Part shown: in pieces, positions 39,822-52,346 of the stretch
How the letters are laid out: each line of letters begins with the position of its first letter
Numbering within the stretch: position 1 is the first letter of the stretch
NCBI GenBank assembly: GCA_023920165.1
Contig: CP089280.1
Location: 434,001-498,000 of the forward strand
DNA length: 64,000 bases
Reading direction: 5' to 3'
Source of the DNA: Curvularia clavata
Taxonomy: Eukaryota
The notes under the pieces: model-generated
Databases searched by the model: none
What the model was told of the DNA's origin: nothing
The model's input: the letters and a program-made list of their open reading frames with translations, nothing else
Position numbers and translations under genes: made by a program

Positions 39822-40742
39822 CTAATTGATTGTATAGCCACCATCCACGACGAGTGCATGGCCCTGAATAAATGACGACTGAGATGAGCATAAGAACAGC
39901 ACTGCATCGGCAACCTCTTCTGGCATGCCCATCCTCTTCATGGGGGCAATGTCGATGGCTGGCTTCAGTGCTTCGACCATGGCCGGTGAAGTGGTGGTCA
40001 TGGGCGTTTTGATGACGCCTGGACAAACACAATTGACACGTATACCATCGTCCGAGTAGTCGATGGCATTGGCACGGGTCATGTTGACGATGGCAGCTTT
40101 TGACGCGCAATATGCGGCTGTATGTTTGTATTAGCAGTTGAATGTGCAATCAGCAATGATGGGAGAGGAACGGACCAGCACCAGGTCTGGCTACTATGCC
40201 GAGCTGACTTGCGATGTTGACAATGGCACCTCTCTGTTTAGGGTGCTCCTGGAGAGGCTCTTGCTTTAGCATATACTTCAACTGCGCACGACAAGTAAGC
40301 CACGAGCCCCTATAGTTGATTGCATTTAAACGGTCGAAAGAATCTGTAGGCATGTCGACGGCTTTGACGACATCGCCTCCAAGAACACCTGCACAGTTGA
40401 CACCGTAGTCAAGCCTCTGAAACTGCGATAGCACTTGGCCCATGAAGGCATCTACGAAATGCTCGTCGGCTATGTCGCCTGCCTGGCTGAAGACATGAGC
40501 CGATGGGTTGATGGTGAGGATAGCATCCTCTGTATCTTTTAGGGTTTCTGGATTGATATCGGTAATGGCAATGCGCGAGCAGCCGGAGCGTATAAAGCCT
40601 TTGGCGACGGCTGCACCGATGCCTATGGTGCACGAGATGAGTACATGGTACGGTGCCTAGGTCACGTGGTCGCCAACCTACCGGTCCCTCCAGCACCCGT
40701 CACGACGGCGACACCAGGGAGCGATGTTGCAAGGGACGCCAT
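39822..40742 (-). CDS. Short-chain dehydrogenase/reductase (classical SDR); 3 exons
   Basis: VAVVTGAGGT|GIG, VNCAG, IVNIAS, YCASK (YxxxK), IRVNCVCPG and VVDGGYT. ATG at 40742. Confidence 0.92.
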
Positions 40743-41017
40743 GATGCAGTGTTTGGCGAGAGAGGGAGAGAGAAAGTGGTCTTGAACAGAGCAGTCGTAG
40801 CACACAGTACAGCACATGTGTGATTGCGTGTTCGCTGCACGAGGCTTATCGCGGCGCTTTACGGACTCGGGCCGTTTCTTGGAGTAGGCGCCATCTACCC
40901 CGCACGCGCACATTGCCAAGACATTTAGGGGTCCGGCCGGGACAGGCCACGTCCGGCACACCTTAGCATAAGACCCACGTCGCTCCAACCCCTCTCCAAC
41001 ACGTTCCCGCCCGCCAC

Positions 41018-43681
41018 ATGCACAAACTCACCCACACCTGTAGCCATTGCTCGAGGAGCTTCAAGCGAGCAGAGCACCTGACCCGCCATCTCCGAACCCG
41101 TCAGTACCTCCAACACGACAAGAATTGCTTTTGCTCAAGCAAGTTACCGTAGCTGATCCATGCTCTACACCTACTAGATACCAGAGAAAAGCCCTACGCT
41201 TGTCGATGTGGCGCCGCCTTCACGCGACGGGACCTGCTCACCAGGCATTGGCGCATCACGCACCATGCCAACAGCCCGGATGCTGCCATCTCGACTACCA
41301 CGGCCCCATCAATAGGCGCCCCTCAGCAACAGGAAGCGCCCCATGTGCACAACAATGTTGCTTCTAGCGGACTGAGCGTCCCTCCCATGACGGCTGCCAA
41401 TTCACGCCTCGTGTCACAGCCCCACTCTAGCCACTTGAATCTACATGCGCCTGCTCGCTCCTTCCAAGACGCCCAGCCCCAGTTGATTACTCCGGGTAAG
41501 TCGTCCATGTGCCAGACGTAACAGCCGTCTGTCTCACTGCTCGAGTGCCCTGCTGAGCATCATCCTAGAGCTGCCTCAACCACCCCCTTATCGTGAAGAA
41601 GGTCTCGACGACTTCCGCGACTTTGTCAACTTTATAGATGGCGTGGGACTGTCAGCGCAATGGACACCAGAGTATGATTTTGACTGGATGCGTATTGGCG
41701 AGCACCAGCAGGAACCACGAAAGCCATCTCGCGAGCCAGAGGCATCGCAATCCCCTGGCCCGGAGGATATTGGCACCCCTTTTAGTACCTGGCTGCCATC
41801 GGCCCCGGCTGACGACCAGATTCATCTGAAATCAAATGCAGATGATAGTAAGTTTCTGCTCTTCTCGCTGCCCTTAAAGACCATCATGTTAATCGTCCAC
41901 TTCAAGACTCTGGCAATCAGCGGACCCGGAATGGCACTTTCAATGTTACCGACGATCATCGCAGCTTCTTGGTCTCGCTTCTTGGGGCCTTTTCGTCTCC
42001 CATATCAGACTTTGAAATCCCCTCTCGCCATACTCTCACTCGCTACATCACAAACTTCTTCACTGGCTTTCACTCACATTTCCCTTTCATCCATGCACCT
42101 ACTTATAGCCCGTCATCTTCACCTTTGGAGCTGACTCTGGCTATGTGTGCTGCCGGAGCACAGTATTGCTTTGAGCACAAGAGTGGCGATCGTTTGTTTC
42201 ATGTATCCAAACTGATTGTTTTTGAGCGTCTACGCCAGGAAGAGTCGCATTTCAGCCCACAAACAATGGCCTTGGTCAATGCTAATAATGCCCTTCTGCC
42301 GGACGTAGCACCTCCAGCCAGGCGCTCGGGTCCCTGGTCGCCTCTTGACATGGTCAAGACATTGCTAATCCTAGTCGGCTACGCCACGTGGGAAAGAACT
42401 GGTTTACTTCAACAAGCCTTTGCACTGAGAGGATTGCTAGTCCAGACACTTCGAGACTCCGGGCTCCAAGAACGCGAGACATGCCTGAGTAGCTCGACAT
42501 CTAGATCAGCCCTATGGGATGACTGGATCCAGCGCGAATCTGCCAGGCGTACAAAACTCGTAGCCTTCGCTTACATCAACGTTCATAGTGTTGCCTACAA
42601 TATTAACCCGTTGGTATGGAGTAGCGAGCTTCACCTACGGCTTCCTTGCTGCACACAAGAATGGCAGGCCAGCAGCGCCGCCCAGTGGATGTCCCTTCAA
42701 CGCGAGGGCAAAGAGGAACAAATGCCTTTCCAACAAGCCTTATCCATCCTCCTTCACAGCTCAACAAGTGAAGGTAAGCTACTCAGACATCGTCTTGCCT
42801 GGCGCACAAGGTACTGTAAGGGCTGACAGTTTCGCAGAGCAAGTTCATCCTATTCCCAGCCCCATTGGAAACTATCTGCTTCTCCATGCACTGCTACAAC
42901 GGATCCATGTGGTGCGCGAGCTTTCATTCCCCGCAACTTCTCCTGCAACCATCTCGGCGGGGGAACTGCAAACCATTGGACGTGCTCTTCGTGGATGGAC
43001 GTCTCTCTGGCAACAAACTCCAGAATCGATGCTGGACCCAAACAACGAAAGCGGGTGAGTGACAAGGCCATGGGAAAGCCTCAATATCTGTGCTAATGTG
43101 TTAGGCCTATCCCATTCACCTCAAGCGCTCTTCTGGTCATCGCTTATGTTCGCCTATCACTGAACATTGGACCCCACCGGCACCTGGAATCTCGCGACGC
43201 TGATGTTATCGCAGCTGGCCTGACCCGCGTCCCAGACATAGAGCGTAATGATAACCTGTTGTCAGCATTGCTATATTCTACGCACGCACTCAGTATCCCG
43301 GTGAGACTAGGCGTTGACCGAGTTGCTAGAAGCCAAGCATTCTTCTGGAGCGTGCAGCATGCCATATCGAGCTTTGAATGCGCCATTTTCCTGGGGAAAT
43401 GGCTGTTCTCTATCCCGAGACCTTTTCACGAAGACGTGCTGTCACGATCAGAGAATCGTATACTGCATTGGGTGCGCTGCATCATAAAAGAGGCTTATAC
43501 AGTCATTGACTTTGACGATGTCGAGAATTGCGACAGTTTTTTGCGCTCACCCATCGAGCCCTTTACGCTCGGCCTTGCAGTCTTAAACATATGGTCTCGT
43601 TTCTTTCGTGGTAACACGCAATGGCAGTTTGTGGTAAACCTAGGTTTGAGTCTGGAGAGATATATTAAAACACTTATATAG
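41018..43681 (+). CDS. C2H2 zinc-finger + fungal-specific TF domain regulator (Adr1/AmdX-like fingers); about 6 exons
   Basis: CSHCSRSFKRAEHLTRHLRT|HTREKPYACRCGAAFTRRDLLTRHWRITH, then YITNFFTGFHSHFPFIHAPT, WIQRESARRT, LRLPC and GP.PFT..ALL. Several GT-AG introns. Confidence 0.88.
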
Positions 43682-44611
43682 ACGTTTCGGTCTGTATAAG
43701 GAGTTGTTGCAAACAACACTGAACTTCCCAAAATGCTCACAGGATCGCCAAATGAATCGTTGCACAAGTGCTTCACTGACGATAGCCAATGAGCGACTAC
43801 TCTACACTATTCTGGCTCATCACCCAATATACCCGACATGCACATCAATTTCGTTTTCTTAGTCGCTATTCTTACAGCCTCTTAACAGTTTCTGCCTTCC
43901 CTCGTCGAACCCATGGGGCGACCTTCATAACGTATTCCTTCCATACCGGTAGCGCGAAGACCCATGTGATGAGGGCTACACACCGAGCAGAGAATAATAT
44001 CATAGTTATTGGCAAAGCTTTGTATACCCAGTCAACCGTTAATTGAATCACTCGTTCTTGAGTAATACCGTTGTGTGGCTCGGACGAATGGATTCGAATT
44101 TGGTTCGTTGAATATCTGGCGACACGTCCGCTGGCGTCTTGCCAATAATAGATGTAGGACTGCTGTATTCGAATCCTCTTGTTTGGGGGAACCATTCGGT
44201 GATTCGAGGCTGGGGTTTCGCCCATTCAACCCACATACCGAGTCTTCGCGACGTTCTACTTGAAGATACGTTCGTCGCAAGGCAAGGGACAGAGCATGAT
44301 TTCAACCCAGTTCAGATTTACGTATCGAAACTCCAAACTTTGTTCAATTAAATAACGAACTCAACACACATGTACAACGAAGGCACCGACCAAGATGAAC
44401 TAGAATCGAAATCGGGTACAAACATTGCTATGCCACAAGGAGCTATACATTCTACAAAAAGCGTGTCCCTTGACCTTTGCTTCAGGGTTCGAAATGAGTA
44501 GGGCTTCCTGCAAGGTCAGCGATAAGGAATCCAATATAATGGAAAAGGTAAGATAAAGCTAGAACCATTGAACGCGCATCGCCCGCGAATGCACGAAATC
44601 CACCATTCTAC

Positions 44612-47600
44612 CTACCCTCCTAGAGGCCGCAAAGAAGATGTAGAATCTTGGAGCAGCTCCGTGTGTGAATGCCCCATCTTCTGCTTTTCCTCTCTGCTCT
44701 GCCAGTCACATAAAGTCGTGTACAGCTCGACGGTTTGCGGATGGTCTTTCTCATAGAACAATCGTGCACGATCGTATGCCTCTTTCAAAAGATGGCAAGC
44801 TTCTGTAAGTCGATCTCGTGAGTCCTGAGAGGTGCTGTGCACTGTCAAAGCGAGATTAAACGTGCTGGCGACCAGACGCTCTCCGTGTTCGATAGGGTCT
44901 TTGAGTCTCTTTAGTTCGTCGTATATTTTTCGCTGGATTGCTTCTGCCTCCTTGTAATTGCCCAGTTTGAAGTGGCATGAGGCGAGATTGGAGCGGACTT
45001 CGAAGCCCATAATGCCCTTGCCATGAGTGGGCAGAGTTCGCACCAGATCTTCGTAGATGTTCAAAGCTTCTGAGAGATCCTTGGGAGTTCCTGACGCTTG
45101 AATAATCTGTGCGAGGTCATTGCGTGCGCTTCGGATCAAGCTAAAGGACTTTGGACGCTCGTCTTTATGGTACTGGGCCATCCGTTGTTGAACTACTACC
45201 TGCTGTTCTTTCCTCGCGACCTGTAGATAGCTCGCTTCCTGGGTGAGGAGCCCTCTGTCCAGCAAAATCAGTGCGCGCCGTGCTCTGCTTCTTATGACAA
45301 TCGGATGATTCTCTCCGTAACGGTCTATTTGAGCTGTGATCACCTCATTGAGTGAATTGTCTGCCTGCTCAAGGCTACGGAGTGAATTGAGTGAATGTTG
45401 AAGCCCACCTAGCGTGTAGCGGGAGAGCAGAGTGTCTGAGTGCGTTTTGCCAAGCAGATATTCCTGAGCTTTCAGAGTTCGCCTCTGTTCTTGTAACGCT
45501 TGCTTCCACTGACCCATTTGGAAGAGAGTGACTGCCTCCTGGTGTTTCGCGCACAAATAATCCGGATGATCTGCACCTAAGCTGTCTCTCCGTTTTTCCA
45601 CCACATCTCGAATGAGGTCTAGGGATTCCTTTAATCGCCCCTGAAGCCGGTAGTTGACGGCAAGATCATACTGCACATTTACTGTGAGACGGTGGTCCTC
45701 TTTAAGCCTATTCAAACGGATTTCGTGAACCATATTGAGGATGCCGTGGGCGAATTCGAGATCAGCATCATCCCGTACCTGTTCACAGAGCGCAAGACAA
45801 TGTAGGGTCTGGACGATGGAAGGGTAGATTTTGGTGGGCTGTGCGCCCGCAGTTGGCTCATGCAGGCCTGGTCGGAGTTTTTCTAGTTCTTCTTGGATAG
45901 GCTTACAGGATGCGAGAAGGTTGTAAAGCCTAGGAAAGTCAATGCACTCGTTGGATTCTGGCGCTCCATCCATTGTTTGTTCTTGTTCTCTGAAATCGTC
46001 TTTCTCGTCCTCGTTTCCGAACTTATTCAGCTGTTCAACAAGCACGTGGAGGCTGAGTTTGCGCGCCTCGTCCCATTTGCCACTTTCTCGAAGAATACCC
46101 GCGAGCGTCGTCTTATAGGAGTAGAGACCCAGATAGTCAATGTCATCATTTGCTCTCTTTTCTTCTAGCTCGATAGCCTTTCGTTGCATCTCCTCTGCTA
46201 CTTCCCATTTGCCGCAAGAAAGCTCAATCTCAGCTAGAATAGACTGCGACTTCAGTGTTTGTGGGTGGTTGTCCCCCAGTTTCTGTTTGTTCTTGCGAAA
46301 TAGATATGTAGCCGTCTCTTCAGCGTCCGAATAACGGCCTTCGCTCTTGTAAACTAATACGAGAGTTTCAAGTGTTTGCAAAATCGAGGGATGGTCCTCC
46401 TCAAAGCGCTCTCTCATCTCGTGCAGTGTACGATGAACTGCCTCAGCTGCCTGAGAAGTCTTACTTCTAGCCACTAGTAACCATGCTTGTAAGCTAGAAG
46501 CATCCAAAGTGACGAAATGCTTCGGGCCTAGGTGTTTCTCCATAGCTTGGAGCGCTTCCCGGTTCACCTGATCCGCTTCATCCAGTTTCCCGATGGCAGA
46601 TGATATTCGAGCATGGTTGACAAGACAGAATCCACGGTGGCCTGACAGCGCGTCCTCGCCCTTCTCCGAACCCGATAACTCAGAGTGGTGAGGATTGATC
46701 GCCTGCGTGCTAAGCTTCCAAGCGCGTTTGAGAGAGCCTGAAGACGCAAGTACCAACGCGAGGATACTCAGAAGACTCGGATCATCCTTATTGCTTTCTG
46801 GTAGTTGTTCTATGCAGCGATGAAGGGTGTTTTGGGCAACAGTATATTTGCCTTGTCTCCATTGTGACAACGCTAGCCAGCGTGCGATTTCAGCAGTCAG
46901 GGCCGCCTCTTTAGGTTCGTCTATCAATGCCACTTTGTATTGCCCTTCGAGTAGTTGATCGAGCTGTTCTTCAGATGAACCGTATTCCCCACGAATGTAA
47001 CGTATCTGACCAATTTGTAATTTCATTTTCCAGAATCCTCGGTCAAAGCGGCCATTAATTTGACACCACTCAATCAGGTTTTTATAAAGACGCTCGGCCT
47101 CGTCAATATCACCATTCTGCAGGTACCAGGATGCTATTCCTTTGCTTTCCTTGAGATTCTTCTCGAGGCTCTTCTCGAGGCTCTTCTTTCTTTCGGACTC
47201 TGGTCCCGGTATCACAACGAAGTACTCTCTTTGCTCTTTTTGCTGTATGAATTCAACATTCACCCGCCGTGCACTCGGTCCTGATTTTCGAAAGGCGGAT
47301 TCCAGCGGTTGCGGGGACTCTGTCAATCTAGCATCGAAGATGCCCGGGGTGAAAGGATCTTCAATACCACGTATCGGTTGCGGCGATACAAATCGCTGTG
47401 CCTGTGTTGGAGCGTGTCCTGCGACAAAGTCAGTAGACCGAGTGCTCTGAGTGTCGTATGATGCGATATATCGACCTTTGGATACGCTGCGCATAGAAGA
47501 TCGCCGCCATCTGTTGTCTTCTTCTGAGATTGAAGCCCTGGGAAGTGTTGGTATTGGAGAGGGAGTGATCTTCTTGCTGTGCTTCAAAAAGTCGACGATT

Positions 47601-48646
47601 TCTTCCTCCTCATCGGGAGACATGCGTACACACATAGAATGCTCGTCCGAACCAGTACTTGAATCAGTCTCTTGTGAGGCACCTGTCGTCCTTCGAGGTA
47701 CACCCTACCATTTGTGAGTATATCTTGAATGGCGATTCAGCGGAAATGGCAACCCACTTTTCGCTCCGGACAGGAAACTGATAGTATTGGGAATGATTTG
47801 TCAGGATCATCAAGTCCATGCCTGAATTTCCTAAATGCTCGATTTGTGGAATGTATTGTACAGTGATCCAGATAAGAATGCCCTTTGTGGTTGGCCTTCT
47901 GTAATAGCTCTTGATTCTTAGTTGGAATGTCTGTCTCGCTTGTTGGATTGGCTCCAGTCCCTGATGTCTTTTCCTGTTGATAGACTGACTTGATCTTAGT
48001 CTTCAACAGTCCCTTTGTCAGATTCTTCAACAACCCATTCCGAAACTCATTCCAATTCTCTTCCAAGTCCCAATACTCATGCGAGCAATTTTTAGGTAGA
48101 CCAAAGTCCACAAGCCCAACTGGGATCTTTTCTAGCTCTCTATCATATTGGGACTGCACAAGGGCTGCACGCACAACCCATGCCGCCGAGTTATGCGCTA
48201 TAATAGCCACTTTTTTCCGTTCCTGCTATCTGCCTAAGCCGATATATTAGTTACAGAGCGTGTTTGAGGGCTTACCGGAATGTCCTTGACGTCCTCAAGG
48301 AGGTGCCTCGCTAACTCATCAAGTGTAGATTTTCCTTTGCGGAGAAGCTTTGCGGCATCGTAGCTGAAAACATGAACCCGACACTGTCCTATTCCCTTTC
48401 CAATAGACGTCGCACTGCTCCAAAGCGACTTCTCAATTCGGTGTGTCCTCGGGTTGCAACATCCATGAACGAGGACAACCCTAAGTGCGTGAGCTGTGAA
48501 CATACAATAACCGAAATTTTTACTTACTCAAGTTCAGGAATCGCCTGCTTCGCTCCGTCGGCAACCTTAAGCGTGTGAAAATGACGCAGCTGCGTTGAAC
48601 CAACCCCAGGAACACTTGCGTGGCTACCTCGGCGGGTATGAAACAT
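44612..48646 (-). CDS. Large TPR-repeat protein with degenerate N-terminal alpha/beta-hydrolase (SesB-like) domain and no detectable NB-ARC/NACHT; 4 exons
   Basis: ATG at 48646; introns ~48527-48481, ~48276-48223/6, ~47757-47705. Hydrolase-like VVLVHG..RVHVFSYD..LDELARHLL..AIIAHNSAAWVV. Repeated LGxxHPxTL-type TPR units in the 1007-aa last ORF. Confidence 0.75.
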
Positions 48647-49318
48647 TTCTCAGCAGTGGATGTGCACGTTTCCGTCCTGAACTAAAAGCGCCAAGAATAT
48701 GAAGAGATGGAGGACTACACGAGCCAGCTCACTGACAAGGTGCGGTTCAGCCTGTTTTGAAAGGCTGTCACGATGAGGTGGGGGCGCGTGTTGGCTGCAT
48801 GTGGCGGTGGCTTAGAGCTCAGCTGCATCGGTTTTGAGACCACCCTGTCGCTTTTGTCTTGAGAGCCCGACACCACGCCACATGGCTAGATGCCATGCAC
48901 ACCTATGGCAAAAATTGTCTTAGAAAAAACAGTATATACGTGTGAGGGACGTGCCCCTGATGAAGCGCCAGCAAGAATGCATCTGCCTGCCTGGAACAAT
49001 CTCATGGGCCTGCCAAATGCAAAGACGACCGGGTGAATCTTACGCATTAATATTGCTGAGAGAAAATATCGGGGCGTGTTGTATGCAGCCACCACCTCAA
49101 CAAGGCCAATCACGACTTGCATCAACCACACCCTTCAAGCCATTTCCCGCAAGAAGGATGCTCCAGGCCATGATAGTCAACGGGGGCGGCTCTACAATAG
49201 CAAACCGACAAGGCTGAAAAAATATGTTAAATGAGTTCCGAGGCAGGTTTCAGAGGCTGTTTGAACTGGCTGCCACAAGTGTATCATTTCGCTTTATTTC
49301 AGATCTCTTTGTTTGAAG

Positions 49319-52300
49319 ATGGAGCATCTCGGCCTGAGACTTCCTGACAGAGTGTTCGACGTCACGTATGAGGGCAATCTATACACCGAAGAACAAACCA
49401 AACACTGCCATTTCCACGGGTTCGTCGAGAACCAGGGATGGACATTTGATCCAGTTGCCTACGAAGTCAAGAGCAAGGGTATGTCAGACGAACGTGAGCT
49501 CAGTAAGTATGAACGAACCGCATTTCCACAACTAATGCAGTCTTGGCTTTTCTTTGGGTTGATAGCAGCTGTTGTCTACGACGATTTCGACAATAGCAGA
49601 GAATTTCAGTGGACCAGGCTTCTCTCCGAAGATGAAAACAAGATCAACACCGCACAGCTTTCACAAATGCTCGAAGAATGGCGTAGGTGGGAGATGAGGA
49701 AAGAGAATAAAGCAGGGCAGAATATGAGAATGATTCGCGCTCAGCTTGCACTAGATGTCGCGAAGCTAGTAGTCAAAAACCACTCTCCTACGGGAAGAGC
49801 CAGAAAAGGTCTTGACCTCGACGATAATTTAGCTTTGTCCTTGATGATACTAGGCGAGACTTTAACTAGCGCAAAAGCGAAGATTATCGAACAAGTCGGC
49901 TTCAAGGCAAGAGATTGGTATGGGGATGCAAGCATCGGTTGGGGGATCCCTTTGGTGATCATGGACAAGATGGATAAGGACAGCTGGTGTCCCAGAACTA
50001 AGAAGCTGCTTACGGCACAGCTTCGCAAGAATGCGACAGCCCTCCTTTCTGTTTACATATCACATCGCGAGCAGCGATTCGAGGGCCACGAAAACTGTGA
50101 TGAAAACGAACCGTGCAAGCGCAAATCAGAAGATCGTCGCTTCGCAGACAAGTATGCGACGAAGCATCATCCGATGTGCCTCCACGACAGAGATCGCCAG
50201 AAACATCGCATTCATCCTTGCCATCCCGAGACTGGTTGCTGTGTAGAGCTGGAGAAAAATCAGAGACTAAAAGAACAGTGGAGAGCGGAAGAAGATCACC
50301 ATACATTACCAACTTGTCGCACACCATGTACTGACATGGTTGGTGTAGAAGACATGGAAGAGGTTGTGAAGATTATTATGGTTGACAGAATTCCACTGCT
50401 TAGGTTCAAGGACACGAGGTCGAATGAAATCAAGCTTGAAGTTATTGATAGCGCTACCTGTCAAGACTATGCGACAATATCTCACGTCTGGTCGGACGGG
50501 TACGGCAACCCAGACGACAACAAACTCTGGCGATGCCAGCTGGCCTACTTTCGAGATCTGTTGATCCAGGCCCAGACGCAAAGAAACAGGCAGAGCGGTG
50601 GCGGGTTTCACAACACACCGAAACCACTTCCTTTCTGGATAGACACACTTGCGATACCGGTGTCTGATGAATACAAGTCTGCAAGGAAGAAGGCAGTCTC
50701 GCAAATTTACAAAGTGTACTCTCGGGCTAGATATACTATTGTCATAGACAACGGTCTGAGTAACATGGCATGGGATCACCAAGACTATACAACGACAGCT
50801 ATGCGGATTCTCGCTAGCGGGTGGATGAGAAGGCTTTGGACGCTCCAGGAAGCGTATCTGAGCCGAAAGCTTCTTTTCGCCTTTGAACGCAAGACAGAAA
50901 AAATACCACTGATAGATCTAGACGAGATCGAGGAGTTGTATGTTGACACGAGTGACAAGCTTGTGTCAAGCCTGCCATCGAATGCCAGAAGTTATTACCA
51001 CAATATGCTTGGCCAAGATCGGAAAGCACGAATTCATGGACTTACTTCCACAAACAGTGTGGGACTGGTTGCAAGTGTGTGGAGAGCAGCACAATGGAGA
51101 GTGAGTAGGCAAAGATGCCCATTGTTAGCATTGCTAACCAAACTAGACCACCAGCAAGAAAGAGCATGAGACGTTGGCCCTTGCGACTTTATTAAATCTG
51201 GATTACAAGAACCACTCGTTCGCAGGAGGGGATGTGTTAAAGCAGCATGATGATTCAAACAAGAAGCTGTCAGAATACGAAAAAAAGCTCATGGAGTATA
51301 TGAAGGATTTCTGGACATTACTAGAAGAAAACTCGCCTGGAGCGATTCCTCCAGGCATTATCTTCTTGCCTGGCGATCGCATCCAACTGAAAGGTTTTGG
51401 ATGGGCGCCACGCAGCTGGATGGAGGCTCGGGAAGTTGGTCATCCCGACCCTATTGCGGTGGTATCAAAGTCTGCTAAACTAGACTCCCGGAAACGTGGT
51501 CTTCTTGTTGAATTTCCCGGTTTCCTCCTTCACTGCCAGCTAAGAAAATCTCTCACGACGTACACATCTAGAGATGGATTCTGGTTTCCTACTGATAGCT
51601 CACTTTCCGAATGGTATCACGTTAAACCAGCAGACGGACAAGAATACAGCACGAAAAAGGGTATTGTTAGTGAGGAACGTAGTAAAGATCTCGCCATCAT
51701 TCTCAGTCGTCCCAGACCACGAGAAACTCCTGAGATTGGGCTTCTTGTCGAGATTGAGCAAATGAAAGTGCAACGAGAGCTTGGAAAGGAGAGCGGCAAG
51801 AGGATCTTTGAGGTGTACATTCTCGCTCGCATGGAGGTCAAACGCGAGACGGACAAAGACCACATAGACAACAGGAAGCTGAAGATCATCAATAGTCGAA
51901 GAGAAGACTACCGCGACAGCATCATGTGTGGAGAAGTACTGGAAGAGGACCAGCAGTGGTACGTCGATAGCCGTCCGTCTGTTGCCGACGACATAGCTGG
52001 GAGTGAAGACGCAGATGCGGAAGCGCTGGCTGAACCATTAGCCAATAATGCGAGCACACTACAGTCGCCCATCGGATTTAGGATCGGCGCAGCATCTTCT
52101 GTGCAAATGGAACGAGAAATAGTCACGCCCAGCACACTAACGCAGGGGCCGACACCCTCGACTCGTACAATTGGTGGGAGCTCTACACATGAAGGACCTC
52201 CTGCATCAATTCCGCAAACTCATGCTTTTGAAGGTGATAAAGAAAAGGATGTGCAGGAAGCGGAAGCTCCTAGCATTGACGTTGTGAAACGGAGACTATC

Positions 52301-52346
52301 AATGATGGAAACTGGGAAGGCGGCCTGGAAAAGATATTTCCATTGA
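49319..52346 (+). CDS. HET-domain (heterokaryon incompatibility) protein; exons 49319-51100, 51147-52346
   Basis: HET motifs YATISHVWSDG.GNP, PFWIDTLAIP, IYKVYSRA and W..RLWTLQE, plus N-terminal QSWLFFGL. Intron GTGAGT..TAG gives WR|TTSKKEHETLALATLL. Confidence 0.92.

Noticed and set aside
43872..44305. Short ORFs or possible structured RNA between the TF and TPR genes
   Set aside because: No recognisable snRNA/snoRNA or protein signature that I can support.
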